DNA of 64,000 nucleotides from a virus: the IMG/VR virus record IMGVR_UViG_3300027702_000001. One strand, 5' to 3'. Both the position numbers and the translations under genes were made by a program. Positions 39,877 through 50,117 of the stretch are shown here, piece by piece. The first letter of the stretch is position 1; every line of letters starts with the position of its first letter. The notes beneath the pieces are model-generated. The model saw only the letters and a program-made list of their open reading frames with translations, was not told the origin of the DNA and made no database searches.

Positions 39877-40417
39877 TCACTTGGACTTGTTCGACAACAA
39901 CGTCAGCACTACCAGCGGTAAGTTTCACAGTTCTCTTGATCATAGGAACAGTGTTTGCAACGACGTCAGCATCACTCAATGCATATGCAGAACCTGCACC
40001 AGATGCATCAATATCAGTTGTGATAGTCAGGTCAGTCACAGCAGTTACCTTCTTACCACCTGAAGCGGCAGATTCAAAGTCTGTTCCAAAACCATCTGTA
40101 TCACCACCGTCAACTGTTTCGATAAAGTCACCAACTGAGAATGTATGTCTTCCTCCTGCTCCTGTACCGTTGCCCGCTCCACCAACGCTGAAAACTGCTG
40201 TGGCAGCATTAGTAGCGGCGTGGACGCTAATGTTTTTTGATTTCCCACAGGAAAGTAATACTGCTTCACCTGCTGCAAGTGTGATTGCAGGACCAGCATC
40301 GAATTTAATGGTTGAAGCGGAAGCAGCGTATGCCCGTACAACGCCAGTTTTAACGACAATATAAGCGGTACCTGATCCACTCACTGTCGTAGTATCTAAT
40401 ACATTTAATACAGACAT
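39866..40417 (-). CDS. Probable virion structural protein, 183 aa
   Basis: A/G/T/V-rich beta-type sequence preceded by ATAAATA (40442-40448). Confidence 0.75.
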   Translation of the reverse strand: MSVLNVLDTTTVSGSGTAYIVVKTGVVRAYAASASTIKFDAGPAITLAAGEAVLLSCGKSKNISVHAATNAATAVFSVGGAGNGTGAGGRHTFSVGDFIETVDGGDTDGFGTDFESAASGGKKVTAVTDLTITTDIDASGAGSAYALSDADVVANTVPMIKRTVKLTAGSADVVVEQVQVIGG

Positions 40418-40440
40418 CGACTTTTTAATACTTGTTTTTA

Positions 40441-40890
40441 CTATTTATCAGATTTTTGTTGCTTCAGGAACTTTGCGAGTTCCGCTGTTGAACCAACAAA
40501 CATTGTGTTGTTAGTAACGTTCTGTGCTGCTTTGTTCTTCGGTCCTTCTTCAATCTCCATCATTTTCTTATGAAGGTCCGCTAACTTATCTGCAGTATCA
40601 GCAACGTTCTTAATCAAATTACCAGCAACTTCATATGCTCTAGGTGAGTCAGACTCTTGTGCCAACTCCAGAATACCATCAACTGCCTCCTGACCTTTCT
40701 CGATCAGTGAGTAAAAGTTTCCACGAGAATACTCATAGTCCTTGATCTGTTGATCAGTGACATTTGGTACGATTGAATTATTCTTTTGTGGTTGACCTTG
40801 TTCTACCAAGGATGTTTCCACATCAAGAGCATCTTCAATACCGTCGTATTTACTCGTCTGCCCCTGTGACTGGGTTTCTTGATTTGCCAT
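40441..40890 (-). CDS. gp16: Terminase small subunit
   Basis: DYEYSRGNFYSLIEKGQEA, SPRAYEVAG.LIK and NNTMFVGSTAEL; start 40890 (track start 40932). Confidence 0.92.
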   Translation of the reverse strand: MANQETQSQGQTSKYDGIEDALDVETSLVEQGQPQKNNSIVPNVTDQQIKDYEYSRGNFYSLIEKGQEAVDGILELAQESDSPRAYEVAGNLIKNVADTADKLADLHKKMMEIEEGPKNKAAQNVTNNTMFVGSTAELAKFLKQQKSDK

Positions 40891-41647
40891 CTGAGAATTC
40901 ACTATAGAGTTCATTAAATCCGAAGTTATCATCTGGATCTGCAGTAAGAGGATCAGGTTGAACTGTGTACCTTACCTCGCGTGCTGCAGTTACCTTGGAA
41001 TCCAGTGCAGTATCCACGATCGATTTCTTGATAAGTTTATTGGTAATGTCATTGACAGGACCATAAACATATGTTTTAGCAGAAAAAGAAAGTGTATAGA
41101 TTAGAGTTCTACGTGTGGTGTAATCACCTTCGTAGTCATCTTCATAAACCACTGAGTTCAATGTGACTGGAAAGTCTTTAACTTCGCCGATCGCTTCCTG
41201 AAGATTCAGGGTTATGTTGAACATCGGTTGAAAGAATGGTAAGATCTGTTCAAGAATCTGGAGACCATCATCTTGGTTCTTTGCCATAATCGATAGTTCA
41301 AAGTCCACATTGTATGGGACTGGCATAAACGATTTTCTAGTCTTACTATCACTACCCGTATAACGAATCACCTGTGTGGGTGATACTTTTCTGGTAGCAT
41401 CATAAGAGAAACCAGAGATCTCAAAAGAGATTCTAGGTAGTGTGATCTGTACAGCATCTTTAGTTGTAAGATCTCCTACTTGCTTAAGACGTGCAAGGAA
41501 CTTATCTTTAGGACCATATGCCAAGGGTACTTTCATAACCTCAGTTCTACTACCTTCCGTACGCTTAATTTCAATATTATTGAAAAGTGTACCGAAAGCA
41601 ATAACAGTCTTTCTAAAGATTTCGTTGTAAGAATAGGTTCCTAACAT
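40850..41647 (-). CDS. gp15: Tail sheath stabiliser/completion protein
   Basis: YNEIFRKTVIAFGTLFNNI, VPLAYGPK.KF and PVPYN..FEL. Confidence 0.95.
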   Translation of the reverse strand: MLGTYSYNEIFRKTVIAFGTLFNNIEIKRTEGSRTEVMKVPLAYGPKDKFLARLKQVGDLTTKDAVQITLPRISFEISGFSYDATRKVSPTQVIRYTGSDSKTRKSFMPVPYNVDFELSIMAKNQDDGLQILEQILPFFQPMFNITLNLQEAIGEVKDFPVTLNSVVYEDDYEGDYTTRRTLIYTLSFSAKTYVYGPVNDITNKLIKKSIVDTALDSKVTAAREVRYTVQPDPLTADPDDNFGFNELYSEFSDGKSRNPVTGADE

Positions 41648-42513
41648 TACTCAGCGCCTCCAATTTCACCAAAGGGATTACCTTGACTAAAGTCAATGAT
41701 AGCGTCCCCAAGGGTCTCAAAGTCAGCATTGGCATCAAACTCTGAGTTCGTATTATTTAGTGTATTGTAACTTGCAGTAGTCCAAGCAGCACCTGAAGTT
41801 TGACCAGTTACCGTCTCAGGAGTGGTGAATATACCAGACCTGTTGTACACTTGTAACTGTCTTGTAGTAGAATCAAACGACTTAACTTCAGCAGTTACAT
41901 TAGATGTACCACCTGCGATTGTTTCACCAGGTGTAAATGTACCAGTACCACCAGCAGCAAAGTTGATAGTGATAGTCTGTGCAAGGTTTCTCTCGATAAC
42001 ATCGATTGCTTCGACACCAGTATCGAGGTCCTCTCCACTGTATTCGAAGAGTTCACACTTGAGACCCCATACGTGGATCTTATTTAATTGATAGAATGGT
42101 TGTTCGTGCTCAACATATTGAATAGAAAATAACTTATTAGCAAGAGGGAAGTAAATCAAATCTCCTTCGTTTGGTCTACCTTCTACAACCAGTGTTGTAT
42201 TATCATCTACTAGATCTTGAAATCTTTTACGTGCAATAATAAAGTTAACTTGATCAGCAATCCTTACACCAAATTTACTGAACAGATCTCCATCTCCACC
42301 AAACCCCTGTACGTTTTCTAGGTATCCTTCGATTTGATATGCAGAGTCAAATGAATTCAATGAATCTTCTCCAAGGACGTTATCCTCAGAAACCAATGTC
42401 TTAGGGATGTAGTAAAGTTCTACACCAAACATTTTAATTTGTTCTACGACAAGATCTTCAACGAGTTGTTGCTCGCCGCTTGTCCCTTGTGTGAAGTAAG
42501 AATTAGTAGGCAT
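41647..42513 (-). CDS. gp14: Neck protein
   Basis: EQIKMFG..LYYIP, GFGGDGDLFSKFG, RPNEGDLIYFP and PFYQL. Confidence 0.95.
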   Translation of the reverse strand: MPTNSYFTQGTSGEQQLVEDLVVEQIKMFGVELYYIPKTLVSEDNVLGEDSLNSFDSAYQIEGYLENVQGFGGDGDLFSKFGVRIADQVNFIIARKRFQDLVDDNTTLVVEGRPNEGDLIYFPLANKLFSIQYVEHEQPFYQLNKIHVWGLKCELFEYSGEDLDTGVEAIDVIERNLAQTITINFAAGGTGTFTPGETIAGGTSNVTAEVKSFDSTTRQLQVYNRSGIFTTPETVTGQTSGAAWTTASYNTLNNTNSEFDANADFETLGDAIIDFSQGNPFGEIGGAE

Positions 42514-43331
42514 TACCCGATCATATCTAGAGGTGGCATTTCATATGTGCTACGGAGTTTTTCATCTAGTTGTTCTAGTTCAGTAATCGCATCACTGTAA
42601 ATCTTTTCTCCGTTCAAGGTGACACCACCAGGAAGTTGCACGTTCTGGAACTTCGTGAGGTTCTGTCCCCAATACTTTTTAATCATTGCTGTAGTATAAT
42701 CTTTCACCCAAAGTGTTCCATAAATCTTGCTCCAGTTCAAAGGATCAAGAGCACGAACACAGTCAATAACAACATACGAACCTTCCTGAGCGTCAGTCTC
42801 AGCATCAAAATCAATGAAGAGACGACCTTGTGTGGCATTAAACCTAGTGGGTTTCATACCTTCCAACAAGAAGTTGATTGTCTCAAGGTGTGTCTGAATC
42901 ATATAGTAGTGATAGAACTGTGTTGATGTAAAATCAAACAGGTCATTCAATCTCATTTGATAACGAATATCAAACATATTACGAGTGCCTTTATCAGTAA
43001 AGGTAAAAATACCATTCACTGCCAAGACGTGCTCTGGCAAAATCAAGTAATTGTTCTGTGTCTTAAACACAGTTCCTGTGTTACCTGCCTGTAAAGTATC
43101 AGTACCAGTCTCAGATGCATCACCTTTGAATCTTGTCATATCTTCAGCAGTGAACTGATGCTTTAGAAATACTTTCTCCGATCCTCCATAATGAAATTCT
43201 TGAAACGTTTCGATTGTATAATCGATAGCGTCATCAATTTGATCGTCAGAAACGTTCACTTCCAAGACTGGTTTACCAAGTCTACGAAGTGCGTATTCTT
43301 TTAATTCTGCTTTGGAGGTAGGATTTGCCAT
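42513..43331 (-). CDS. gp13: Neck protein
   Basis: LKEYALRRLG.PV..VNV and WVKDY.TA..KKYWGQNL.KF..VQLPGGVTLNG. Confidence 0.95.
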   Translation of the reverse strand: MANPTSKAELKEYALRRLGKPVLEVNVSDDQIDDAIDYTIETFQEFHYGGSEKVFLKHQFTAEDMTRFKGDASETGTDTLQAGNTGTVFKTQNNYLILPEHVLAVNGIFTFTDKGTRNMFDIRYQMRLNDLFDFTSTQFYHYYMIQTHLETINFLLEGMKPTRFNATQGRLFIDFDAETDAQEGSYVVIDCVRALDPLNWSKIYGTLWVKDYTTAMIKKYWGQNLTKFQNVQLPGGVTLNGEKIYSDAITELEQLDEKLRSTYEMPPLDMIG

Positions 43332-43657
43332 TACTTTCGATTTTGTAGTTGTTGAACAACAGATTCTTTGCCCATAGGAGCAATGTCTCTAAGACCATTA
43401 GCATCAAACCAAGGAGCAGTCTCCCAGTTGAAACCTTCACCAAATGTATTATCAGGTGCTACAACATACCAGTGACATTTAGAGTCAGGTACATCAACAG
43501 CACATACTGCCCAGTCATCTGACCACTGAGGTACTTGTACATACATCACTGGTAAGTGATTAGCAAATACAGGTGCCACACTCACAAAGAGTGAAACTAA
43601 GCAAGAGAATGCAAATAGAAGTGGCACGTATTTAAGTGGGAATGGTGTCTTATTCAT
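43331..43657 (-). CDS. Exported hypothetical protein, 108 aa
   Basis: Signal-like N-terminus ending VFA|NH; W-rich mature part with two Cys. Confidence 0.75.
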   Translation of the reverse strand: MNKTPFPLKYVPLLFAFSCLVSLFVSVAPVFANHLPVMYVQVPQWSDDWAVCAVDVPDSKCHWYVVAPDNTFGEGFNWETAPWFDANGLRDIAPMGKESVVQQLQNRK

Positions 43658-43659
43658 TT

Positions 43660-46600
43660 TTATAAGGCAGCGATTGCCGCTTGGAATGCAGCATAAGTAG
43701 CGGAGTTTGCAGCAGCAGTTTTGAGTGCCGCTAGTGTAATTGTCTCTGCCTGCAATGCAGAATCAGCAGTTGCACCTTGTGCAGCAGTAGCATATGCGGT
43801 TGCAGCAGTTGCAGCAGCAGTGCCTAGTGTTGGTTTGCCACTTAGGTCTGCGTATGCACCAGAGAATAATGTAGGTTGGTTACTAAGGTCATTATAAGAT
43901 CCGCTGGTTGCAACTGTGGCAAGGTCTCCTGGTTGTGTAGCAGAAGCAGCGAGTGTACCCTGTGCAGCAGTAGCATAGGCAGTTGATGCAGTGGTAGCAG
44001 CAGATCCAAGTCCAAGAGTTGTTCTTGCAGCAGCAGCGTCAGCATCATCAATCAGAGTTCCACCGAAGGTGCTGACAGCAGATGCGTCAAGTTTTCCAGT
44101 GATACCAGCAACAACACGAGCATCAGCACGTGCGTTAGTGAAGTAGAGGTTTGTATCCTCTGCCAAGTCAGCAGTAGACTTACTGCTAAGATCAAGAGCA
44201 GCACCAGTTGCATTAGCAACTCTTGCATCTGCCCTCGCATCTGTGTAGTAAAGGTTAGTTCCTTCAGCAAGATCAGCAGTATCGTGGTTAGATAGAGATG
44301 CAATCGTTGTTGGGATTGTGTATGAGATAACACCAGTGCTACTGTTGTATCCTAGATCTCCAGTGACTGAGATGTGTCCACGAGTTCTGGCAGCAGTAGT
44401 AAAGAGATTGGTTGATCCCTCAGTAATGTTGTCAGTATTGATGTCTGATTGAGTTGCACTCAGAGTCAATAGGTTACCTGCGTCATCGTATGATGCAGTA
44501 ATACCTGTACCACCAGAGATAAGAGCAGCAACGCGATCATCAACTCTCTCATCAGTGAAGTAAAGGTTAGTTGAACCCTCAGCAAGAGCGTTAGTATTAT
44601 GGTTCGCGATAGAACCAACCTGTGACTGGAAGAAGGTCAATGTTCCAGTAACGTTCAAGTTACCCTGAACCTCAAAGTTCGTTGTAGAAACGAAGTTAGT
44701 AACACTCAGAGTGTTAGAGAATGGGTTGTATGTAAGGTTGGCAGAGTCAACAAACATTCCTGTATGCCCTGTGTTAGAGGCAGAGAATGTTGGATAGAAT
44801 GTAGTATTATTATTTGTATTGTTAACGTCAATATTATTTGCGTTCGTTGCAGTTCCTGTAACATCACCAGTCACGTTACCAGTAATCTGTCCAGTAACAT
44901 CCAAGGTGTTGCCCATTGTGACAGCATCGGTAAATGCACCAGTACCAGAAGTAACCAAGTTACCCGCCATAGTGACGTGTCCAGTTGTGGATTCAAGAGT
45001 AATCTTGTCCTGACTGTTACCGTTCTGTAGTTTCAGAGTCTTACTAGCACCTCTGATAACCACATCATCTTTGAACAGTGAAGTGCTGTTCTGAGTAAGA
45101 GCATCATTAAGTGTGGTTGTACCATCAACATTCAGTGTGCTATCAAAGTCAACACCCTGAGTCACATTCAATGTGTCATCAATAACAGTTGAACCAAGAA
45201 CATCAAGTGAACCGTCGATGTCAGTGTTACCGTTGGAAGAGTTAACGTTGAACTTGTTAGAACCAATCGCGAGGTTACCACCGATCGTTACAGTAGACTG
45301 AAGATCAGCAATACCAGATGCAGTGATAGTTGAAACATTAGTAGCAGCAGTAACACCAAGTGTACCTGCGATTAATGTATTACCTGTAGGTCCGTCAACA
45401 GTAAAGTTACCGTTACCAACATCAAGATCATCGCCGATATATGCTTTCTTAGATACCGCCAAACCACCAGCAGTGAATACTGAGGCGACATTGTTGGATG
45501 CACTAACAGCATCTGCAGTGTCATTGAATCTTACATTCTCAGCGTAAGTTTGAATACTTGCGTAACTTACAGTTCCATCAATTACTGAGTTACCATAGAC
45601 ACGAACATCACCTGCAACAACCAAGTTGTTTCCGACTGATGCACCACCTGTAATTCTAAGAGCACCGTCTCCTGTATAAGATCCAGTTGTGGTTGCTGCT
45701 GAAGAATTTGTAACTGATGTAACGCCTGTTACACCTAGAGTGTTTGTAATGTTTGTAGCATTCGTTACATCCAGTGTTCCACCGATTGTGGTATTGGATG
45801 TCACGTCAAGGGTGCTAGAAAGCGTTGTAGCGTTCGTAACTCCCAAAGTACCACCGATAGTGGTATTGCTGCTTACACCCAGTGTAGAGGACAGTGTAGT
45901 GGCACCTGTGGCACCGAATGTACCTGCTACTTGTGTATCACCTGTTCCTGCGTCTACCGTAAACTTATTACTATTAACTGCGAGATCGTCAGTAACATCA
46001 AATGTTCCTGTTACTGAAAGGTTACCGCCGAAAGATCCATCGTCTGTGACAACGAGATCATCGCCGACATAAAGATCCATACCGATGCCAGCACCACCAC
46101 CAACGATAAGAGCACCAGACCCTGAGTTAGTTGCGTTGGTTGTATCGAATAGTTTGACTGATCCTGCATCGATGCCTGATCTGGTTCCTGCGAATGCTTC
46201 ACTTGAGTTTGTTGCATCGTGATAAAGAGCGAATCTTTCAGCAGAGTTATCCCAACCGAAGAATCCAAGTTTAGCAGATCCATCGTAATATCTGAACTCA
46301 ACACCACGATCCTTAGTATCTGATGACTGAGGAGCAGTGTCTCCACCCAGTGTAATAACTGGATCATCAAGTTGTGTTGTGGTTGAGTTAACAGTTGTTG
46401 TAGTTCCGTTAACAGTCAAGTTACCTTCGATCAAGGTATTTGAATTAACTGTCAAGTCACCATCAACAGTTACGTTGTCAGTAAACTGAGAGACTGCATT
46501 AACTGTCAAGGCATCAGTGTTTGCATCACCGATAGTGGTCTGAGGACCAGTGATTGTAACGTGACGGTTGAATGTGCTATCACCGTGAACAGTGAAAGTA

Positions 46601-49578
46601 CCGACAGTGCTTGAACCCTGTCCAGTTCTACCAATCTCAGTGTTACCTGATTCACCAAGTACACTAAACTCAACAGTATCATTAGAGTTAAGTTTACCGA
46701 TGTATAGATCATCACCAATGTGAAGGTCAGTAGCAATACCTGCACCACCATAGACTCTCAAGTTAGAGTTGTTATGTGTAGCGTAGGAAGGAGTATATGC
46801 AGCAGTTGTACCAGTTCTAAACTTATATCGTACTCTCAAATAGTTCTGTGTACTGAATGTTTCAGTCGCAGTACCTTGGTCTTTCTGGTTAATAGCACCG
46901 TTGATATAGATGTCATTATTGAATAGAGTATCTCCTTCAACATAACCACCACCATCAAATCTAAATGCACCGTAGTCACCACCACTGATAACAAAGTTAT
47001 TGTTACCGTCAGTAGAGATTGTAGGTGTATCGGCATCCTCAAGATATACAAACTGAGCAACGTTTAGAGTTCCTTCAATATCAGTGTTACCATTTGTGCT
47101 AGTAACTTGGAACTTATTGACTGAACCATTTGTAATGGTCAGTGTCTTACCAGTTGTATCAAGAAGAATGTTGTTGTGGAAGGTTGAATTGCCATCAACA
47201 TCCAGTTCAGCATTCAATGTTGTGTTCTGATCAACATCAAGAGTGCTGTTGAATGTTACGCCTGAATCAACATCAAGGGTACCATCTGTGTGTACATTAC
47301 CGTTATCTGTATCAATATCGAATACAGATGTACCACCAGCGGTTTTAATCTCAAACTTTTTATTGTCCGCCTGAACGATTAGGTTATCAGTAACTTTGGT
47401 CTCTAGTTGTACATCAAGAGTACCTTCGATAACTGTGTTACCTGTGTCAGTATCAACTGTAAACTTATCTACACCTGCTGCAGTCTGAATCTTGAAGTCT
47501 TCGTTATCAGACTTGATGATAACAGTGTCATTAATTTCAGTCTGACCTGCGATGGTTACTTCACCACCGATGTGTGCATTCTCAGAAAGACCCAAACCAC
47601 CAGTTACAACAAGCGTACCTGTGGTAGTTGATGTAGATCCAGTGTTTGTTGTTAAAGAAAGAGCACCTGCTTTTAAATAAGCATCAGTTCCAGTAAAGGT
47701 TTCACTACTGTTTGTTGCATTATAAAGGAATGCATAACCACCAGTACCAGAATCAAGACGTGTTAGATCCTCATCCCATCCAAAGAAACCAACTCTTGCC
47801 TGTGAATCATAGTATTTAAACTCAATACCACGATCTAGTCCATCATCAGACCCAGGTGCAGTGTCTCCACCAAGGGTAAAGATAGGGTCATCAATAGTAA
47901 CAGTCGTGCTGTTAACAGTTGTTGTTGTTCCATCGACTTGGAAATCTCCGTGAACTCTGACAGTACCTGTGATCGCTCTGTCATCACCAGGGTCAAGGTG
48001 AAGAGTTGAGTCAGTCGTAGCAATGTAGTTGTCTTGAATTCTGACATCTTCGATCCAAATTTTACCTGCAGCATCAGATGCACTGATCTGTACTGTATCT
48101 TCTGCTGTAACGATTACATTAGAAGTTCCTGATCCTGCGTTAGTAGCAAGGATACTTAAGTTTCTATTATTTGTACTATTCTGTGTAGTCTGAAATGTTA
48201 GGTTACCATCGCCAGTTTTATCCAGTGTCTGAGCAACTGTTCCATCAAGAGTAATATCAGGATCAGAAAAATAGGAACGGACGTTAACATCAAGTTCACC
48301 AGCGCCACCATCGCCTGTATTATTAGCGCCAACAAGTAAGTTGCCGCTTGTATCATTAACTTTAACATAGTTAAGATAATTAAATCCTCTATAACCTGAT
48401 GTAGCAGTTAGTTCGTTATCAAGTTCAAATGTTTCAACAGTATTTCCGTCTGCAAATCCAACTACATTATTCTGAAGTTGTGTATTATCTACCGATGCGG
48501 CGGCAATGGTGACGTGCCCGTTGCTGTCAACGTCGAAATCTTCCTGTGCAAATGATGCCAGTCCCTTCTGCTCCGTCGTCTCAGCCGAGAGGTAGCGCCA
48601 ACTTCCAGTATCGCCAGTGGTATGAGTAGGAGCACCAAGACCACTACCAATGTCTGCAATTGCTTGGTAAACTTTTGAGGCATTCTTGATGATGTCATAT
48701 CTGCTATATGCGGTACCTGCATCATAGTCTGGCATCTTTGTGCCTTCAGTTGCAGTAGCAATAGGCACAGTTAAGGCAGCGCCTAAGCGACCATACCTGT
48801 CTACACTAAATTTAGTTGCATTAACAGTTTCACTAGACCCATTTCCAGTGACGGATGTCAGGGATTCCGTATTATAATCACCAACAACCACTGCAGTATC
48901 TGCAAGATCGATGAATGGGTTTTGAGATGTTCCGTCAGGAACTGTGAATATAATTCTTCCACCACCACCAGTTAACTGTCTGGTGAGAATATTTCCTTGA
49001 GATGCACGAACAAGAATACCAACGTTCGTAAGTTGAGCAAGTGAGGTTAGGTCATCATCCAATGCCTGAGCATCAGAAATACCATAGTCAGCAAGTGTAG
49101 ATGCAAGTTCAGCACCAACCACACGACCTTGTGAGTTAACTCTAACCCTTGTGTAGAGTGCTTCAGCAGCAGGGTTAGCAGGATCGTAGTGAGGCAAACT
49201 CGTCATAAGTGACAAGTCGGTGTTCAATGTAAGGTTAGAAGAACCGTCGAATGAACCAGAACCTGTTACCTGACCTGATAATTGTATTTGACGTGCGTTT
49301 GATAATCTAGTGGCAGTTGAGGCATTACCGATAAGAGTCGCAGTGACAGCACCTGCTTGGAAGTTACCGTCAGCGTCTCTCTTTACAAGAGTATTTGCAG
49401 CGTTTGATTCTGTTTCTAGTGGTCGCTCATACTTCAGCGAGTTCCACGGGGTAACACCGTCACCAATCTTGATACGTGAAGTATCAATTTCGATTCCAAG
49501 TTCACCCTGTGCCAGGATTGGATTGATGTTTGCCCACTGCTGAGCACCATCACGTCTTAATTGTAGTCTATTTGCCAT
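43660..49578 (-). CDS. Large fibre-like virion protein, 1972 aa (Mtd-N-type N-terminal domain, beta-helix repeats)
   Basis: MANRLQLRR....W...NPILAQGELGIEIDT..KIGDG..W..L.Y; many approx. 12-residue TLDV/GTLGV repeats; C-terminal EGxTNLY repeats. Confidence 0.9.
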   Translation of the reverse strand: MANRLQLRRDGAQQWANINPILAQGELGIEIDTSRIKIGDGVTPWNSLKYERPLETESNAANTLVKRDADGNFQAGAVTATLIGNASTATRLSNARQIQLSGQVTGSGSFDGSSNLTLNTDLSLMTSLPHYDPANPAAEALYTRVRVNSQGRVVGAELASTLADYGISDAQALDDDLTSLAQLTNVGILVRASQGNILTRQLTGGGGRIIFTVPDGTSQNPFIDLADTAVVVGDYNTESLTSVTGNGSSETVNATKFSVDRYGRLGAALTVPIATATEGTKMPDYDAGTAYSRYDIIKNASKVYQAIADIGSGLGAPTHTTGDTGSWRYLSAETTEQKGLASFAQEDFDVDSNGHVTIAAASVDNTQLQNNVVGFADGNTVETFELDNELTATSGYRGFNYLNYVKVNDTSGNLLVGANNTGDGGAGELDVNVRSYFSDPDITLDGTVAQTLDKTGDGNLTFQTTQNSTNNRNLSILATNAGSGTSNVIVTAEDTVQISASDAAGKIWIEDVRIQDNYIATTDSTLHLDPGDDRAITGTVRVHGDFQVDGTTTTVNSTTVTIDDPIFTLGGDTAPGSDDGLDRGIEFKYYDSQARVGFFGWDEDLTRLDSGTGGYAFLYNATNSSETFTGTDAYLKAGALSLTTNTGSTSTTTGTLVVTGGLGLSENAHIGGEVTIAGQTEINDTVIIKSDNEDFKIQTAAGVDKFTVDTDTGNTVIEGTLDVQLETKVTDNLIVQADNKKFEIKTAGGTSVFDIDTDNGNVHTDGTLDVDSGVTFNSTLDVDQNTTLNAELDVDGNSTFHNNILLDTTGKTLTITNGSVNKFQVTSTNGNTDIEGTLNVAQFVYLEDADTPTISTDGNNNFVISGGDYGAFRFDGGGYVEGDTLFNNDIYINGAINQKDQGTATETFSTQNYLRVRYKFRTGTTAAYTPSYATHNNSNLRVYGGAGIATDLHIGDDLYIGKLNSNDTVEFSVLGESGNTEIGRTGQGSSTVGTFTVHGDSTFNRHVTITGPQTTIGDANTDALTVNAVSQFTDNVTVDGDLTVNSNTLIEGNLTVNGTTTTVNSTTTQLDDPVITLGGDTAPQSSDTKDRGVEFRYYDGSAKLGFFGWDNSAERFALYHDATNSSEAFAGTRSGIDAGSVKLFDTTNATNSGSGALIVGGGAGIGMDLYVGDDLVVTDDGSFGGNLSVTGTFDVTDDLAVNSNKFTVDAGTGDTQVAGTFGATGATTLSSTLGVSSNTTIGGTLGVTNATTLSSTLDVTSNTTIGGTLDVTNATNITNTLGVTGVTSVTNSSAATTTGSYTGDGALRITGGASVGNNLVVAGDVRVYGNSVIDGTVSYASIQTYAENVRFNDTADAVSASNNVASVFTAGGLAVSKKAYIGDDLDVGNGNFTVDGPTGNTLIAGTLGVTAATNVSTITASGIADLQSTVTIGGNLAIGSNKFNVNSSNGNTDIDGSLDVLGSTVIDDTLNVTQGVDFDSTLNVDGTTTLNDALTQNSTSLFKDDVVIRGASKTLKLQNGNSQDKITLESTTGHVTMAGNLVTSGTGAFTDAVTMGNTLDVTGQITGNVTGDVTGTATNANNIDVNNTNNNTTFYPTFSASNTGHTGMFVDSANLTYNPFSNTLSVTNFVSTTNFEVQGNLNVTGTLTFFQSQVGSIANHNTNALAEGSTNLYFTDERVDDRVAALISGGTGITASYDDAGNLLTLSATQSDINTDNITEGSTNLFTTAARTRGHISVTGDLGYNSSTGVISYTIPTTIASLSNHDTADLAEGTNLYYTDARADARVANATGAALDLSSKSTADLAEDTNLYFTNARADARVVAGITGKLDASAVSTFGGTLIDDADAAAARTTLGLGSAATTASTAYATAAQGTLAASATQPGDLATVATSGSYNDLSNQPTLFSGAYADLSGKPTLGTAAATAATAYATAAQGATADSALQAETITLAALKTAAANSATYAAFQAAIAAL
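46190..47960 (-). repeat. Internally duplicated approx. 85-aa module in the fibre (copies near 47700-47960 and 46190-46430)
   Basis: GTTTTVNSTT..DDP..TLGGDTAP..D..DRG.EF.YYD....GFFGWD occurs twice. Confidence 0.85.
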
Positions 49579-49626
49579 TGGTTAACACACGTGGTATCCG
49601 TTAACGGAGATAATCTGCCTCTCAGA

Positions 49627-49634
49627 TATTTATA
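49627..49634 (-). promoter_or_regulatory. Late promoter TATAAATA for the fibre-gp13 operon
   Basis: Exact consensus just downstream of the terminator. Confidence 0.85.
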
Positions 49635-49642
49635 CAGCAAAT

Positions 49643-49663
49643 AAAAAGGACCCTTTCGGGTCC
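49643..49663 (-). terminator. Intrinsic terminator
   Basis: GGACCC-GAAA-GGGTCC-TTTTT on the minus strand. Confidence 0.85.
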
Positions 49664-49668
49664 AAAGG

Positions 49669-49896
49669 TTATGCAGCGTCTACGTTATCCACTTCTGGAG
49701 CAGGTTCCGCTTCATTCTCTGTACCGAGGCAGTATTCTAGAGTCTCAATAGCACCTTGTAATTTAAGTGCTTGCTGTTCATTGCTGCGAATCATCTTCGC
49801 CATTCTTTGATTATCTTCAATAAGACGCTTATAGCGGTCTTTGAAATCGCCAAGAAGTTTATCTTGGTCAATTACTTCAGGTTGGTCTGCAGGCAT
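49669..49896 (-). CDS. Small coiled-coil protein, 75 aa
   Basis: Heptad-like helix ending KLQGAIETLEY. Confidence 0.75.
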   Translation of the reverse strand: MPADQPEVIDQDKLLGDFKDRYKRLIEDNQRMAKMIRSNEQQALKLQGAIETLEYCLGTENEAEPAPEVDNVDAA

Positions 49897-50117
49897 TACT
49901 TTTGCTCCAATAATGTTTTCAGTAAGGATTTGATTTCCGACATATCTGATTTTAACACATCTACGTCAGATTTCAAGTTATCGAGGGTTTCAGCACTCGC
50001 TTTACGCTTTTTAGCAGCGTTCCCAGGAGGTGTGGGTTTCATATTTAGGACAGCGTTAGTATTGGAATCCCGAACTAAATCGGGATGTCCTTTAACGGGA
50101 ATGTAATCAGAGGTCAC
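49896..50117 (-). CDS. Small protein, 73 aa
   Basis: IPVKGHPDLVRDSNTNAVLN followed by a C-terminal coiled coil; follows the DUF4815-like gene. Confidence 0.8.
   Translation of the reverse strand: MTSDYIPVKGHPDLVRDSNTNAVLNMKPTPPGNAAKKRKASAETLDNLKSDVDVLKSDMSEIKSLLKTLLEQK

Noticed and set aside
43660-49578. Diversity-generating retroelement suggested by the Mtd-like N-terminus
   Set aside because: Only the N-terminal domain type is present. No reverse transcriptase or template/variable repeat pair is visible.
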